Notes under the pieces: generated by a model
Database searches by the model: none
Told to the model about the DNA's origin: nothing
What the model saw: the letters and a program-made list of their open reading frames with translations, nothing else
Shown: positions 19,532-31,476 of the stretch, one piece after another
Position numbering within the stretch: the first letter of the stretch is position 1
Layout of the letters: each line of letters begins with the position of its first letter
Position numbers and translations under genes: made by a program
Assembly (NCBI GenBank): GCA_019454405.1
Contig: JACFOH010000013.1
Span: 5,653 to 69,652 of the forward strand
Direction: 5' to 3'
DNA length: 64,000 nucleotides
Source of the DNA: Promineifilum sp.
Lineage (GTDB): Bacteria > Chloroflexota > Anaerolineae > Promineifilales > Promineifilaceae

Positions 19532-19569
19532 GAAGGGCCGGAGCGACTATCTGGTCACTCCGGCCCTTT
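19532..19569 (-). terminator. Hairpin/terminator between the 63-aa gene and radC
   Basis: AAGGGCCGGAG / CTCCGGCCCTT stem with a TTCTTGTT tail on the minus strand. Confidence 0.7.
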
Positions 19570-19585
19570 CGGCGATAGGCGTCGC

Positions 19586-19777
19586 TTAAGATGACGCGCT
19601 TCTGATGAGCAGGACGAGGTCTTCCCACTCCTCGGGAGAAAGGTGCAGGGATATGCCACCTAATTCCACGTGGTAGACGTAACCTTCTTCATCGTCCTCC
19701 ACACTGCGCCAGACGGCAAAACCGAATTGTTCGGTTTCGGCTAGAACATCGGGTTCCGTATCATGATTGTGATTCAT
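19586..19777 (-). CDS. Small acidic hypothetical protein (63 aa)
   Basis: GAGGA RBS, upstream TATAAT, downstream hairpin. Confidence 0.7.
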   Translation of the reverse strand: MNHNHDTEPDVLAETEQFGFAVWRSVEDDEEGYVYHVELGGISLHLSPEEWEDLVLLIRSASS

Positions 19778-19868
19778 TTGTTTCCTCAGTGAACATTATT
19801 TCATAACAAAAAGCGGGCCGAACTTGATAGAACCTGTGATTATATGACTGCTCAATCGTTCAGGCCCC

Positions 19869-21047
19869 TTACTGGATAGCGTATAGCGTCCCGTCTTCGG
19901 CCCCGACGTAGATGACCCCGTCGGCGATGGCCGGCGATGACAGGCCGGACGCGGCGCGGAACTGCCAGCGCTGCTCGCCCGTGCGATAATCGATGGCGTA
20001 CAGATTCTTGTCGAAGCTGCCGACATAAACCAGGTCACCGGCTATCGCCGCGGCGGAGAAGCTGATGTCCTGCATGGGGAAAGTCCATAACTTCTCGCCC
20101 GTTTTCGCCGACAGGCCATAGAGCAAACGATCCAGCCCCGACCATATCAGGATGCCGTCCTTGACGGTCGGAGCGGAGAAATTCTCCATGTTCGACTTGA
20201 AGGACCAGAGAGCTTCGTGAGAAGCGATATCAACAGCGTATAACACCCCGACCAGGTTGATGTCGCTGGTCATGAAGTAGACGACGCCATCGGCCACGAC
20301 CGGATCGGCCGTAGGACTATAGACGTTGTTATCCGAGTTCGGGTTGTAGTTCCACTTCTCGATACCCGTGGCCGCGTCGATCGCGTACAAACCCCCATTC
20401 GATACGGGAATGTAGACAACGCCGTCGGCGACGGCCGGCGAGAAGGCGATCACCGTGTCCGGGATTTCGAACCGCCACTTTTCCGCGCCGGTTTGACTAT
20501 CCAGAGCCAGAAGGCGGCCGTTCTCTCCGGTGAAGTAGGCCACGCCGTCGACCACGGCCGCCGAACCGGAGGCCCCTGCACCGAGGTCTGCCCGCCATTG
20601 TTCCTTGCCGGTATCCCCGGCGAGCGCGACGATCAGGCCGCCCATGTTGACGACATAGACCTTGCCGTCGTAGGCGGCCGCCGAGGCGATGACGATGTTG
20701 CCCGTATCAAATCGCCACTTCTCCGCGCCGGTTTCGCGATCGGCGGCGTAGACGAATCCGTCGTAGCTGGTGAAATAGACTGTGTCGCCCGCCACGGCCG
20801 GCGCGCCGAATACCCAGTCACCGGCTTTGAATTGCCACTTGATTCCCCGATATTCGGTCGGGCCGTTCGTTAAATAGACCCCTGTCCGCGCCGGATCGGC
20901 CCGGTGCATGGCGATGCCGGTGGGGCTGTTTGCGCTTCCTCCGCCTTGCTTGCAAGCCACGAGGGGAATACAAAGCAGACAGAGAAAGATGGCGATAAAG
21001 GCCGGGCGCGTCCACGCCCGGCCTTGGATCTGTGTGGTGATCGGCAT
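19869..21047 (-). CDS. PQQ-like beta-propeller repeat lipoprotein (BamB-like fold)
   Basis: Lipobox LVAC; about 8 repeats of PAV.DG.VY...G.LYA.D..TG..KW.F. Confidence 0.9.
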   Translation of the reverse strand: MPITTQIQGRAWTRPAFIAIFLCLLCIPLVACKQGGGSANSPTGIAMHRADPARTGVYLTNGPTEYRGIKWQFKAGDWVFGAPAVAGDTVYFTSYDGFVYAADRETGAEKWRFDTGNIVIASAAAYDGKVYVVNMGGLIVALAGDTGKEQWRADLGAGASGSAAVVDGVAYFTGENGRLLALDSQTGAEKWRFEIPDTVIAFSPAVADGVVYIPVSNGGLYAIDAATGIEKWNYNPNSDNNVYSPTADPVVADGVVYFMTSDINLVGVLYAVDIASHEALWSFKSNMENFSAPTVKDGILIWSGLDRLLYGLSAKTGEKLWTFPMQDISFSAAAIAGDLVYVGSFDKNLYAIDYRTGEQRWQFRAASGLSSPAIADGVIYVGAEDGTLYAIQ

Positions 21048-21050
21048 AGA

Positions 21051-23750
<2,700 letters not shown>

Positions 23751-23988
23751 GGTTCTCCTCAACTCAATCCGGGCTTTACGCACCTGTATTCAGGACACGC
23801 GCTGGCCTTCGTTGTTTAATGCAGTTGCCGGCTGCCCGGCCGCGTATTCCAGTCTGTGAATGGTTTTGATTATAGCTGATTTCACGGGTCTGGAAACCTG
23901 CATCTCTTGCTCTTGCATCTGTCATCTCTCCTGAACCTTCGCTGCGCTGCATTGCCAACCGCCGGCGCCGGAGTTATCCTTACGGGCG

Positions 23989-24519
23989 ATGAATCCATTC
24001 CACTGGGCTTTTGACAAGCTCTACCCGATCATCCGCTATCTCTACGAGCGCATCCTGGGCCATCGCTGGTTCGATGAGATTGAGCCGCAGTTGTGGCTGG
24101 GCGGCGCGCCGACTTACGCGCGCGACTACCAGTTTTTGCTCGATCACCATATTAATGCGGTGCTTGATATGCGCCTCGAACGTGAAGGCGACCAGGCGTT
24201 TTATGACGCGCACGATATCCGGTATCGTCGCTTGGGGGTGCTCGATGCGATGGTGCCGTCGGATGAGTATCTGAGCGAGGGGGCGGACTGGATCCACGAA
24301 CAAATCACCGACGGCCGCACCGTGCTGATCCATTGTGCCAAAGGGCGTGGTCGCTCGGCTACCCTGGTGGCCGCCTACATGATGCGATATGAGAATCGCT
24401 CCTTCGATGAGGCGAAAATGATTATGAGCCGGATCCGACCGCTGGTGAAACTGGAAGATCGCCACCGCCGCCGCCTCGAAGCCTGGAATGATTTGACACA
24501 ACCTGCCGGGAGTCTCTAA
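23989..24519 (+). CDS. Dual-specificity protein/lipid phosphatase (CX5R family)
   Basis: VLIHCAKGRGRSAT active-site loop; promoter TTGCCA-17-TATCCT 8 nt before ATG. Confidence 0.9.
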   Translation: MNPFHWAFDKLYPIIRYLYERILGHRWFDEIEPQLWLGGAPTYARDYQFLLDHHINAVLDMRLEREGDQAFYDAHDIRYRRLGVLDAMVPSDEYLSEGADWIHEQITDGRTVLIHCAKGRGRSATLVAAYMMRYENRSFDEAKMIMSRIRPLVKLEDRHRRRLEAWNDLTQPAGSL

Positions 24520-25796
24520 TGACGACACCTCCATTCGACGCCGGCGCCAGGGGAGTTTCCCGAGCCATTGGCCAACGTTCCCTGCGCGACCCAAACCTGC
24601 ATTATCCGCTCTTTCCTGCGCTGGTTACGGGCTGCCCCCAAACGAGCACGGCCGGGATTCAGTTTCCGCTGGCGCTCGATTATGATTACGATGCCGTACC
24701 GCGCGACTTTTTCGACCGCGATCCGTTCGCGGGGATTTGGCGGTGGGGCGAACTATTACCCCCGCTGGCTCCCGGCCTGCCGATGGGCGAGGGCGGCACG
24801 CCGCTGGTGGCGGCGCCTCGCCTGGCCGATTGGGCCGGCTTTGGTGGAGAAGTTTACATAAAGGATGAAAGCCGGAACCCTACCGGCAGCCACAAAGATC
24901 GCCTTAATCTGTGCACTGTCAGCGCGGCCGTCCTCAGCGACGCGCCCGGCGTCACGGTCGCTTCGTCGGGCAATCACGGCGCGGCCGCCGCCGCCTATGC
25001 TGCTCGCGCCGGTCTGCCGTGTGTCTTATTCATCACCGAGGGGACGGAACCCCACCTGATCCGCATGGTGACCGCCTATGGCGCGGCCGTCGTGCCCTTG
25101 CCGCGGCCCCTGCGTCGTGTGCTCATGCGCGAACTGGTGGAGCGCGCGGGATATCACCCGGTCAGCAGTATTACCGAAACCCACACCGGCCACCCCTTCG
25201 GGCCCGAAGGCTACAAGACCGTCGCCTATGAGCTTTACCGGCAACTGGGCGGCCGTATGCCGGCGGCCGTTTTCGTGCCGACGGCTTATGCCGAATTGCT
25301 TTACGGCGTCTGGCTTGGCTTCAAGGATCTGCAACGGGTGGGCGCGATAGGCCCGCTGCCCCAGATGATCGCCTGCGAGCCGGCCGCCGGCGCGCCTCTT
25401 CGTGCGGCCCTGGCGGCCGGGAAACCGGTCGTCACGGTTGATGAGGCTCCCACTGCCGCCTACAGCATCGTCGTCGGCTCCAACAGCTATCGCGGCGTGC
25501 TGGCTGTTCACGAGAGCGAGGGCGACGCGCTGGCGCTGACCGACGAAGAGATCGCCGCCGCGCAGACCACTCTGGGACGGGAGGGCTTATGGGCCGAATT
25601 CTCCGGCGCCGCCGGCCTGGCCGGGCTGCGACAGGCAGTCCAGGCGGGCATGCAGTTCGATGGCCCGGTCGTTTGCCTCATGACTTCGTCCGGCCTTAAG
25701 GATCAGGGCCTGCCCACGCCGGAATTGCCGCCCGTCGCCCCTACCTGGGATGCGGTTCGCCGGACCCTCGTCGATTATTACGGATTGACGGTGTAA
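24519..25796 (+). CDS. Threonine synthase-like PLP-dependent (fold type II) enzyme
   Basis: MGEGGTPL, KDESRNPTGSHKDR, ASSGNHG, EGYKT, TSSGLK; TAATG overlap with the phosphatase. Confidence 0.85.
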   Translation: MTTPPFDAGARGVSRAIGQRSLRDPNLHYPLFPALVTGCPQTSTAGIQFPLALDYDYDAVPRDFFDRDPFAGIWRWGELLPPLAPGLPMGEGGTPLVAAPRLADWAGFGGEVYIKDESRNPTGSHKDRLNLCTVSAAVLSDAPGVTVASSGNHGAAAAAYAARAGLPCVLFITEGTEPHLIRMVTAYGAAVVPLPRPLRRVLMRELVERAGYHPVSSITETHTGHPFGPEGYKTVAYELYRQLGGRMPAAVFVPTAYAELLYGVWLGFKDLQRVGAIGPLPQMIACEPAAGAPLRAALAAGKPVVTVDEAPTAAYSIVVGSNSYRGVLAVHESEGDALALTDEEIAAAQTTLGREGLWAEFSGAAGLAGLRQAVQAGMQFDGPVVCLMTSSGLKDQGLPTPELPPVAPTWDAVRRTLVDYYGLTV

Positions 25797-25815
25797 GATC
25801 AGTTGAAATCAGCCC

Positions 25816-28410
25816 ATGCCATCGGAAACCGTCACCCCCAGCCGCCAGCAATATCTTGATGTTCGCGCCCAGCACCCGGGCGCCATCATCTTTTTCCGCC
25901 TGGGAGATTTTTACGAGACGTTCGATGATGATGCGGCTATCGTCGCCCGCGAGTTGGACCTTGTCCTGACGAGTCGCCCGCAGGGGAAGAACGCGCGCGT
26001 ACCCATGGCCGGCGTGCCCCATCATGCGGCCGAAAACTACATCGCCCGACTCATCGCCAAAGGATACAAGGTCGCTCTTTGCGAGCAGGTGGGCGACGAA
26101 CCCATTAATGGATTGATGCCGCGCGAGGTGGTGCGAGTCTTCACGGCCGGCACGGTGATCGAGCCGGGCATGCTGGAATCGGGCCGTAATAATTACCTGG
26201 CGGCCGTGGTATTGGACGATGGCCGTGCTGGTCTGGCCTATGCTGATATCACCACAGGCGAATTTGCCACCACCCAATTGGACAGTTTTCGCCGGTTGAC
26301 GGAAGAGGTCGCCCGACTTTCGCCGGTGGAGCTGCTGGTCGCGGAGGAAGCTGAGATCGATTTTCCCGCGATCAAGACAGTGAGCCGGCTGCCCGCCCAC
26401 CGTTTTGAACTGGGTAACGCGCGCCAGACGTTGCTGCGCCATTTTGAGGTCGCCACTCTCGATGCCTTCGGCTGCGAGAATAAGCCGCTGGCTATTCGAG
26501 CCGCCGGCGCGGTGCTCTATTACTTGCAGCAGACTCAGCGGGGCGGCGTCGGACAGATGCAGCGCCTGACGACCTACACGACCGACGGCTACATGGCCCT
26601 GAACGAGGCTACGCGTCGCAATCTGGAGTTGACAGAGGCGATCTCCGGCGAGCGTGGCGGGACGCTTCTGGCGATTCTCAACAAGACAGTGACGCCGATG
26701 GGCGCGCGACTGCTGCGGCAGCGCATTACACAGCCTCTCCTGAGCATCGGCGCGCTCAATGAGCGGCTGGATCAGGTCGAGACGCTGGCGAGCAATGCCA
26801 TGATGCGCGCTGAATTGCGGTCGGCGTTGAAGGGCCTGCCCGATCTGGAGCGGTTAACCAATCGTGTCTTGAGCAACCGGGGGACGCCCCGCGACGTGGA
26901 GCAGATCGGCCTGGCGCTGGCGGCCGTTGGGCGTGTCAAGGCTCTGGCCGGTAACGCGCCGGCGCTGGCCGCCGTGGCTCAACGGCTGGATCCATGCGAT
27001 GAGGTGGCTGCGACGATCGGCCGTGCCCTGGATGACGACGCTCCGACGAATCTCAACAAGAGCGGAATCATCCGCCGGGGTTTCTCGGCCGAGCTGGACG
27101 GCGTGATCCAGACGTCGGCCCATGCCCGCGATTGGGTGGCCGAGCTGGAACCGCGCGAGCGCGAACGGACAGGAATCCCCTCGCTCAAGGTCGGGTTCAA
27201 CAAGGTCTTCGGTTACTACCTCGAAGTCACCCACGCCAACACCAAGCTCGTCCCGTCCGACTATATTCGCAAGCAGACATTGACCAACGCCGAACGATAT
27301 ATCACGCCCGAACTGAAAGAGTATGAGACGCTCATCCTGAACGCCGAGGAGCGGATCTTGCAGATCGAGCGGCGATTGTTTGCTGAATTATGTCAATACG
27401 TGAGTGGTTTTTCGGAGCGATTGCTGGCGACGGCGGCGGCGTTGGCCGAACTGGACGTGGCGGCCTCCCTGGCTGAGGTCGCCGCGCTCAACGATTACGT
27501 CCGGCCGGAGCTGACCAGCGGTATCGGCCTCCATATCGAGAACGGCCGCCACCCGGTAGTGGAGGCGGCGCTGAGCCATGGACAGGTCCAGGGGGCACAG
27601 CGTGGGGCGCGTTTCGTACCCAACGACGCTCATTTCGATGATTCATCCCTCATCCAGATCATCACTGGGCCGAACATGAGCGGCAAATCGACCTACTTGC
27701 GGCAAGTGGCGCTTATCGCGCTGATGGGCCAGATAGGCAGCTTCGTGCCCGCCTCGTCGGCGCAGATCGGCCTGATCGATCGCATTTTCACCCGCATCGG
27801 CGCCCATGATGAATTGCACGCCGGACGCTCGACGTTCATGGTGGAGATGGTCGAGACGGCCGAGATTTTGCACCATGCCTCGCATCGCTCGTTGCTTATC
27901 CTCGATGAGATCGGTCGCGGCACCAGCACCTACGATGGGTTGTCATTGGCCTGGGCCATCGTGGAGTTCCTTCATAATCATCCGCGATTGAGTCCGCGCA
28001 CTCTTTTCGCCACCCATTACCACGAGTTGACCGGTCTGGCTGATTTCCTGCCCAATGTCGTCAACTACAACGTCGATGTGACTGAAGAAGGCGGCGAGGT
28101 CACGTTCCTGCACCGTATCGTCCCCGGCGGAGCTGATCGCAGCTACGGCATCCATGTGGCCCAATTGGCCGGGCTGCCCCGTGATGTGATCCTGCGGGCC
28201 GGGGAGATCCTGAAAGACCTGGAGCGTCATGCGCCGACGGCGGCCGTGGAGCCTAGCCGCCTCTCGACCGGCCAACAGATCGCCTTATTCCCCGAGTCCA
28301 GCCCCTTCCTCGACGAGCTGGCGGAGTTGGATGTCAATGCTTTAACGCCTCTGCAGGCTATCAACAAGCTCTACGAATGGAAGCAGCGCTATACCAAGGA
28401 TCGGCCGTAA
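25816..28410 (+). CDS. mutS: DNA mismatch repair protein MutS
   Basis: FFRLGDFYE, GPNMSGKSTY, STFMVEM, DEIGRGTST, FATHYHEL, SYGIHVA. Confidence 0.98.
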   Translation: MPSETVTPSRQQYLDVRAQHPGAIIFFRLGDFYETFDDDAAIVARELDLVLTSRPQGKNARVPMAGVPHHAAENYIARLIAKGYKVALCEQVGDEPINGLMPREVVRVFTAGTVIEPGMLESGRNNYLAAVVLDDGRAGLAYADITTGEFATTQLDSFRRLTEEVARLSPVELLVAEEAEIDFPAIKTVSRLPAHRFELGNARQTLLRHFEVATLDAFGCENKPLAIRAAGAVLYYLQQTQRGGVGQMQRLTTYTTDGYMALNEATRRNLELTEAISGERGGTLLAILNKTVTPMGARLLRQRITQPLLSIGALNERLDQVETLASNAMMRAELRSALKGLPDLERLTNRVLSNRGTPRDVEQIGLALAAVGRVKALAGNAPALAAVAQRLDPCDEVAATIGRALDDDAPTNLNKSGIIRRGFSAELDGVIQTSAHARDWVAELEPRERERTGIPSLKVGFNKVFGYYLEVTHANTKLVPSDYIRKQTLTNAERYITPELKEYETLILNAEERILQIERRLFAELCQYVSGFSERLLATAAALAELDVAASLAEVAALNDYVRPELTSGIGLHIENGRHPVVEAALSHGQVQGAQRGARFVPNDAHFDDSSLIQIITGPNMSGKSTYLRQVALIALMGQIGSFVPASSAQIGLIDRIFTRIGAHDELHAGRSTFMVEMVETAEILHHASHRSLLILDEIGRGTSTYDGLSLAWAIVEFLHNHPRLSPRTLFATHYHELTGLADFLPNVVNYNVDVTEEGGEVTFLHRIVPGGADRSYGIHVAQLAGLPRDVILRAGEILKDLERHAPTAAVEPSRLSTGQQIALFPESSPFLDELAELDVNALTPLQAINKLYEWKQRYTKDRP

Positions 28411-28521
28411 TCGGCCGGATCTCTTGTTTCATTTCCCTTTCTAGCGTGTTACAATTTTCGATTGCTCCGCGCCTCAAGAAAGGCGGCCGAGCGTATTTAT
28501 ATCTGTGCAGGAAGGATTGGT

Positions 28522-30309
28522 ATGCTGAAAACGCATAGCTGTGGCGAACTTCGCAGCGAACATGTGGGCCAGACGGTAACACTGGCGGGTTGGGTTAATC
28601 GGCGGCGCGATATGGGCGGCGTCATCTTCATCGATATCCGCGACCGGGCAGGGAAGACGCAAGCCGTCGTCGACGCCGGCCGCACGCCCGATGGATTTGC
28701 GACGGCCGAAAGCATCCGCAGCGAATATGTGGTGCAGGTGACCGGAGAAGTCTCGCGCCGTCCCGCGGGCCAGGAGAATCTGAATTTGCCCACAGGCGAG
28801 ATCGAGGTGCTGGTCAATAAAGTGACCATCCTTAATTCGGCCAAGACGCCGCCCTTCCTGATCGACCGCGATGAAGTCGTCGATGAGACAACGCGACTCC
28901 GCTATCGTTACCTGGATCTGCGACGCGAACGCATGCAGCGTAATCTCATCTTGCGTCATGACGCCATCCGCTTCATTCGCGAGTTCCTGAGCGCCCGTGG
29001 CTTCATCGAGGTTGAAACGCCGATCCTCTTCAAGTCGACTCCCGAGGGCGCGCGCGACTACCTTGTGCCCAGCCGAGTGCATCCGGGCAAGTTCTACGCG
29101 CTACCGCAAAGCCCGCAGCAGCTCAAACAGCTTCTTATGGTGGCCGGCTATGAGCGTTATTTCCAGATCGCGCGCTGCTTCCGTGACGAAGATCTCCGAG
29201 CCGACCGTCAGCCCGAGTTCACCCAGCTTGACCTTGAGATGAGTTTTGTTGAACGGGATGACATCCTGGATCTGATCGAGGAATTGATGGTCGGCATGGT
29301 CAACGCGGTCAGCCTGGTGCCACTGGCGTCGGACTCGTTCCCAAGGCTGACTTATGCCGAGGCTACGGAGCGGTTCGGCACCGATCGACCTGACTTGCGC
29401 TACGGCATGGAATTGGAGAATATCAGCGACATCGCCGGCGGCAGCGCGTTTCGCGTTTTCGCCGAGAATGTGGCGGCGGGCAAGCCGGTGAAAGCCATTT
29501 GTGCCCCCGGCTGCGGCACGTACAGCCGCAAGCAGCTGGACGAATTGGAAGGGATGGCCCGCGATCAGGGAGCGAAAGCGCTGGCCTGGCTGGCTATTCA
29601 TCCGGAGACGGGCGAGATACGCGGCCCCATCGCCAAGTTCTTCACCGTTGACCAGCTGATCGCTATTGTTGAGCGGCTGGGAGCCGATCCGGGCGACCTG
29701 ATCCTGATTTCCAGCGACACCAAGGCCATCGTTCATAACGTCCTGAGCACGCTGCGCACGGAACTGGCCCGCCGCCTGGGTTATACAGACAAGAAGGAAT
29801 TGGCCTTCGCCTGGATCGTCGACTTCCCCCTGTTCGAAGAGGAACTCGAGAACGGCCATTACGCGCCCAGCCATCATATGTTCACCGCGCCCAAGCAGGA
29901 GCATATCCCCCTGCTCGATACGAACCCCGGCGCTGTGCTCAGCGAACAGTACGATCTCGTTTGCAATGGTTTTGAAGTGGCCGGCGGCAGCATCCGAATT
30001 CACGACCAGGCGTTGCAAGCGAAGATCATGTCGCTGATCGGTTTTTCGATGGAGCAGGCGCGGGAGCAGTTTAGCCATCTCCTGGAGGCGTTCGAATATG
30101 GCGCGCCGCCTCATGGCGGTATCGCCCCCGGCATCGATCGCCTGATGGCTCTCATGGCCGGCGAGCCTAATATTCGCGAGGTCATGGCTTTCCCCAAGAC
30201 CGCCCAGGCCACCGATCTGATGGCTGATGCGCCGTCCTATGTGTTGCCGTCACAGCTTGAGGAGCTGAAGCTGGCCATCAAGAAGGATAAAACTGCCACG
30301 GGGGATTGA
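28522..30309 (+). CDS. aspS: Aspartate-tRNA ligase
   Basis: THSCGELR, GARDYLVPSR, PQSPQ, FRDEDLRADRQPEFTQ, GAPPHGG. Confidence 0.98.
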   Translation: MLKTHSCGELRSEHVGQTVTLAGWVNRRRDMGGVIFIDIRDRAGKTQAVVDAGRTPDGFATAESIRSEYVVQVTGEVSRRPAGQENLNLPTGEIEVLVNKVTILNSAKTPPFLIDRDEVVDETTRLRYRYLDLRRERMQRNLILRHDAIRFIREFLSARGFIEVETPILFKSTPEGARDYLVPSRVHPGKFYALPQSPQQLKQLLMVAGYERYFQIARCFRDEDLRADRQPEFTQLDLEMSFVERDDILDLIEELMVGMVNAVSLVPLASDSFPRLTYAEATERFGTDRPDLRYGMELENISDIAGGSAFRVFAENVAAGKPVKAICAPGCGTYSRKQLDELEGMARDQGAKALAWLAIHPETGEIRGPIAKFFTVDQLIAIVERLGADPGDLILISSDTKAIVHNVLSTLRTELARRLGYTDKKELAFAWIVDFPLFEEELENGHYAPSHHMFTAPKQEHIPLLDTNPGAVLSEQYDLVCNGFEVAGGSIRIHDQALQAKIMSLIGFSMEQAREQFSHLLEAFEYGAPPHGGIAPGIDRLMALMAGEPNIREVMAFPKTAQATDLMADAPSYVLPSQLEELKLAIKKDKTATGD

Positions 30310-30379
30310 TTCAACGGCGCGGCCCAGGGAACGAAGCCGTCCGACTTCGCCTGTAACCGAACGGGTTATCATCGACCGA

Positions 30380-30411
30380 ACGGGTTGAGCGACAATCGTT
30401 GCTCAACCCGT
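30380..30411. terminator. Hairpin between convergent aspS and the LPG-synthase-like gene
   Basis: ACGGGTTGAGC / GCTCAACCCGT stem. Confidence 0.7.
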
Positions 30412-30417
30412 CGGCTT

Positions 30418-31476
30418 TTATTCAGCCGGAACCGGGCTTTCCTTTGATTTATCTTTGAGAATATCGCGGCCCAGGTACGCGGCGGCGCCGAAGCCCAGCA
30501 AGCTGGGGATCCAGAATGAGATCAGGCGGTAGCCCAGGATGACCACGACGCTGACCGCGTTGGGTACTCCGAGACTGGCATAGATGGCTACCATGCTGGC
30601 CTCAACCACGCCGACGCCGCCCGGGAACACGAACGCGATCTTGCTCAACATGAAAGGCAAGCCGTACCCGGCGAACAGAATTCCCGGGCTTACCGGGTGG
30701 CCGGCGGCGACAAACATGAAATATAGCGTCAGCATGTCGAAACCGGTGTTAGCCAGCGCGCCCAGCGCCGGGTATCGCCATCGGCCGTGGCCCAGCGCTT
30801 GCCAGGCCTGGGTGAATTGTTCCACCGAGGCGATTGTGTCCTCGGGCCGGTATTCCTTGTGACGCAGCTTGGCCCAACGACTGGCTGCGGCCGCGGCCAG
30901 ACGAGTGGCTACTTTGGGCGAGCGAAAGGTGAACGCCGCCCCCGCCACGACGAGACAAATCGCCAGCAGGACGACGGCAAAGCCGATTAACTGCGTCCGG
31001 CTCAGATCGTGGGCCGCGAGCAGATAGCTGACCCCGATGATGGAGACGCCGGCCAGCACGATGTTATTCAATATCGGCGGCAGGGCGCCGGCCAGGGCTG
31101 CTGCGTCGCCGTCCTGGCTTTCCCGCCGAGTCCAGCTATAGGTCGCGGCCGCGCCGCCTACCCAGCCCCCGGCCACCAGGCCGATGCTGGCGGAAGCCAT
31201 CGTGATGAGGGCGCCTCTCAGGGGCGATAACCTCTGTTTCTCATTGGCCAGGATGGCGTGCAGGACAAACCCGCTACCGAGATAACTGAGTATCTGGGCA
31301 AAAATCGCTAACGTCACCGCCCACCAGGTCATCTTCCTGATAACCGACCACGAATTGGCCAGCGCCGTGATCTGCGGCACGAGCAAATGTACGGCCAACC
31401 CCAGGATGATGAGGATGGGTAGATAGCGCCAGGCGCGTATTTTGGGGGCGGAAAAGCGTCGCAAGTGCTTAGACAT
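30418..31476 (-). CDS. Lysylphosphatidylglycerol synthase TM domain / flippase-like protein (UPF0104)
   Basis: About 8 TM helices; PGGVGVVE and YRLISFW motifs. Confidence 0.85.
   Translation of the reverse strand: MSKHLRRFSAPKIRAWRYLPILIILGLAVHLLVPQITALANSWSVIRKMTWWAVTLAIFAQILSYLGSGFVLHAILANEKQRLSPLRGALITMASASIGLVAGGWVGGAAATYSWTRRESQDGDAAALAGALPPILNNIVLAGVSIIGVSYLLAAHDLSRTQLIGFAVVLLAICLVVAGAAFTFRSPKVATRLAAAAASRWAKLRHKEYRPEDTIASVEQFTQAWQALGHGRWRYPALGALANTGFDMLTLYFMFVAAGHPVSPGILFAGYGLPFMLSKIAFVFPGGVGVVEASMVAIYASLGVPNAVSVVVILGYRLISFWIPSLLGFGAAAYLGRDILKDKSKESPVPAE

Noticed and set aside
19743-19757. AGAAC-N5-GTTCC upstream of radC
   Set aside because: Spacer is 5 rather than 4 and it lies within the 63-aa CDS
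29101-30114. Long antisense ORFs (also 46830-47909, 2854-3642, 60092-60904, 22791-23546)
   Set aside because: Shadow frames of high-GC coding genes with no motifs or RBS
30356-30386. Direct repeat ACCGAACGGGTT twice after aspS, a possible att or CRISPR remnant
   Set aside because: Only two 12-bp copies overlapping a terminator stem; no integrase, cas gene or array
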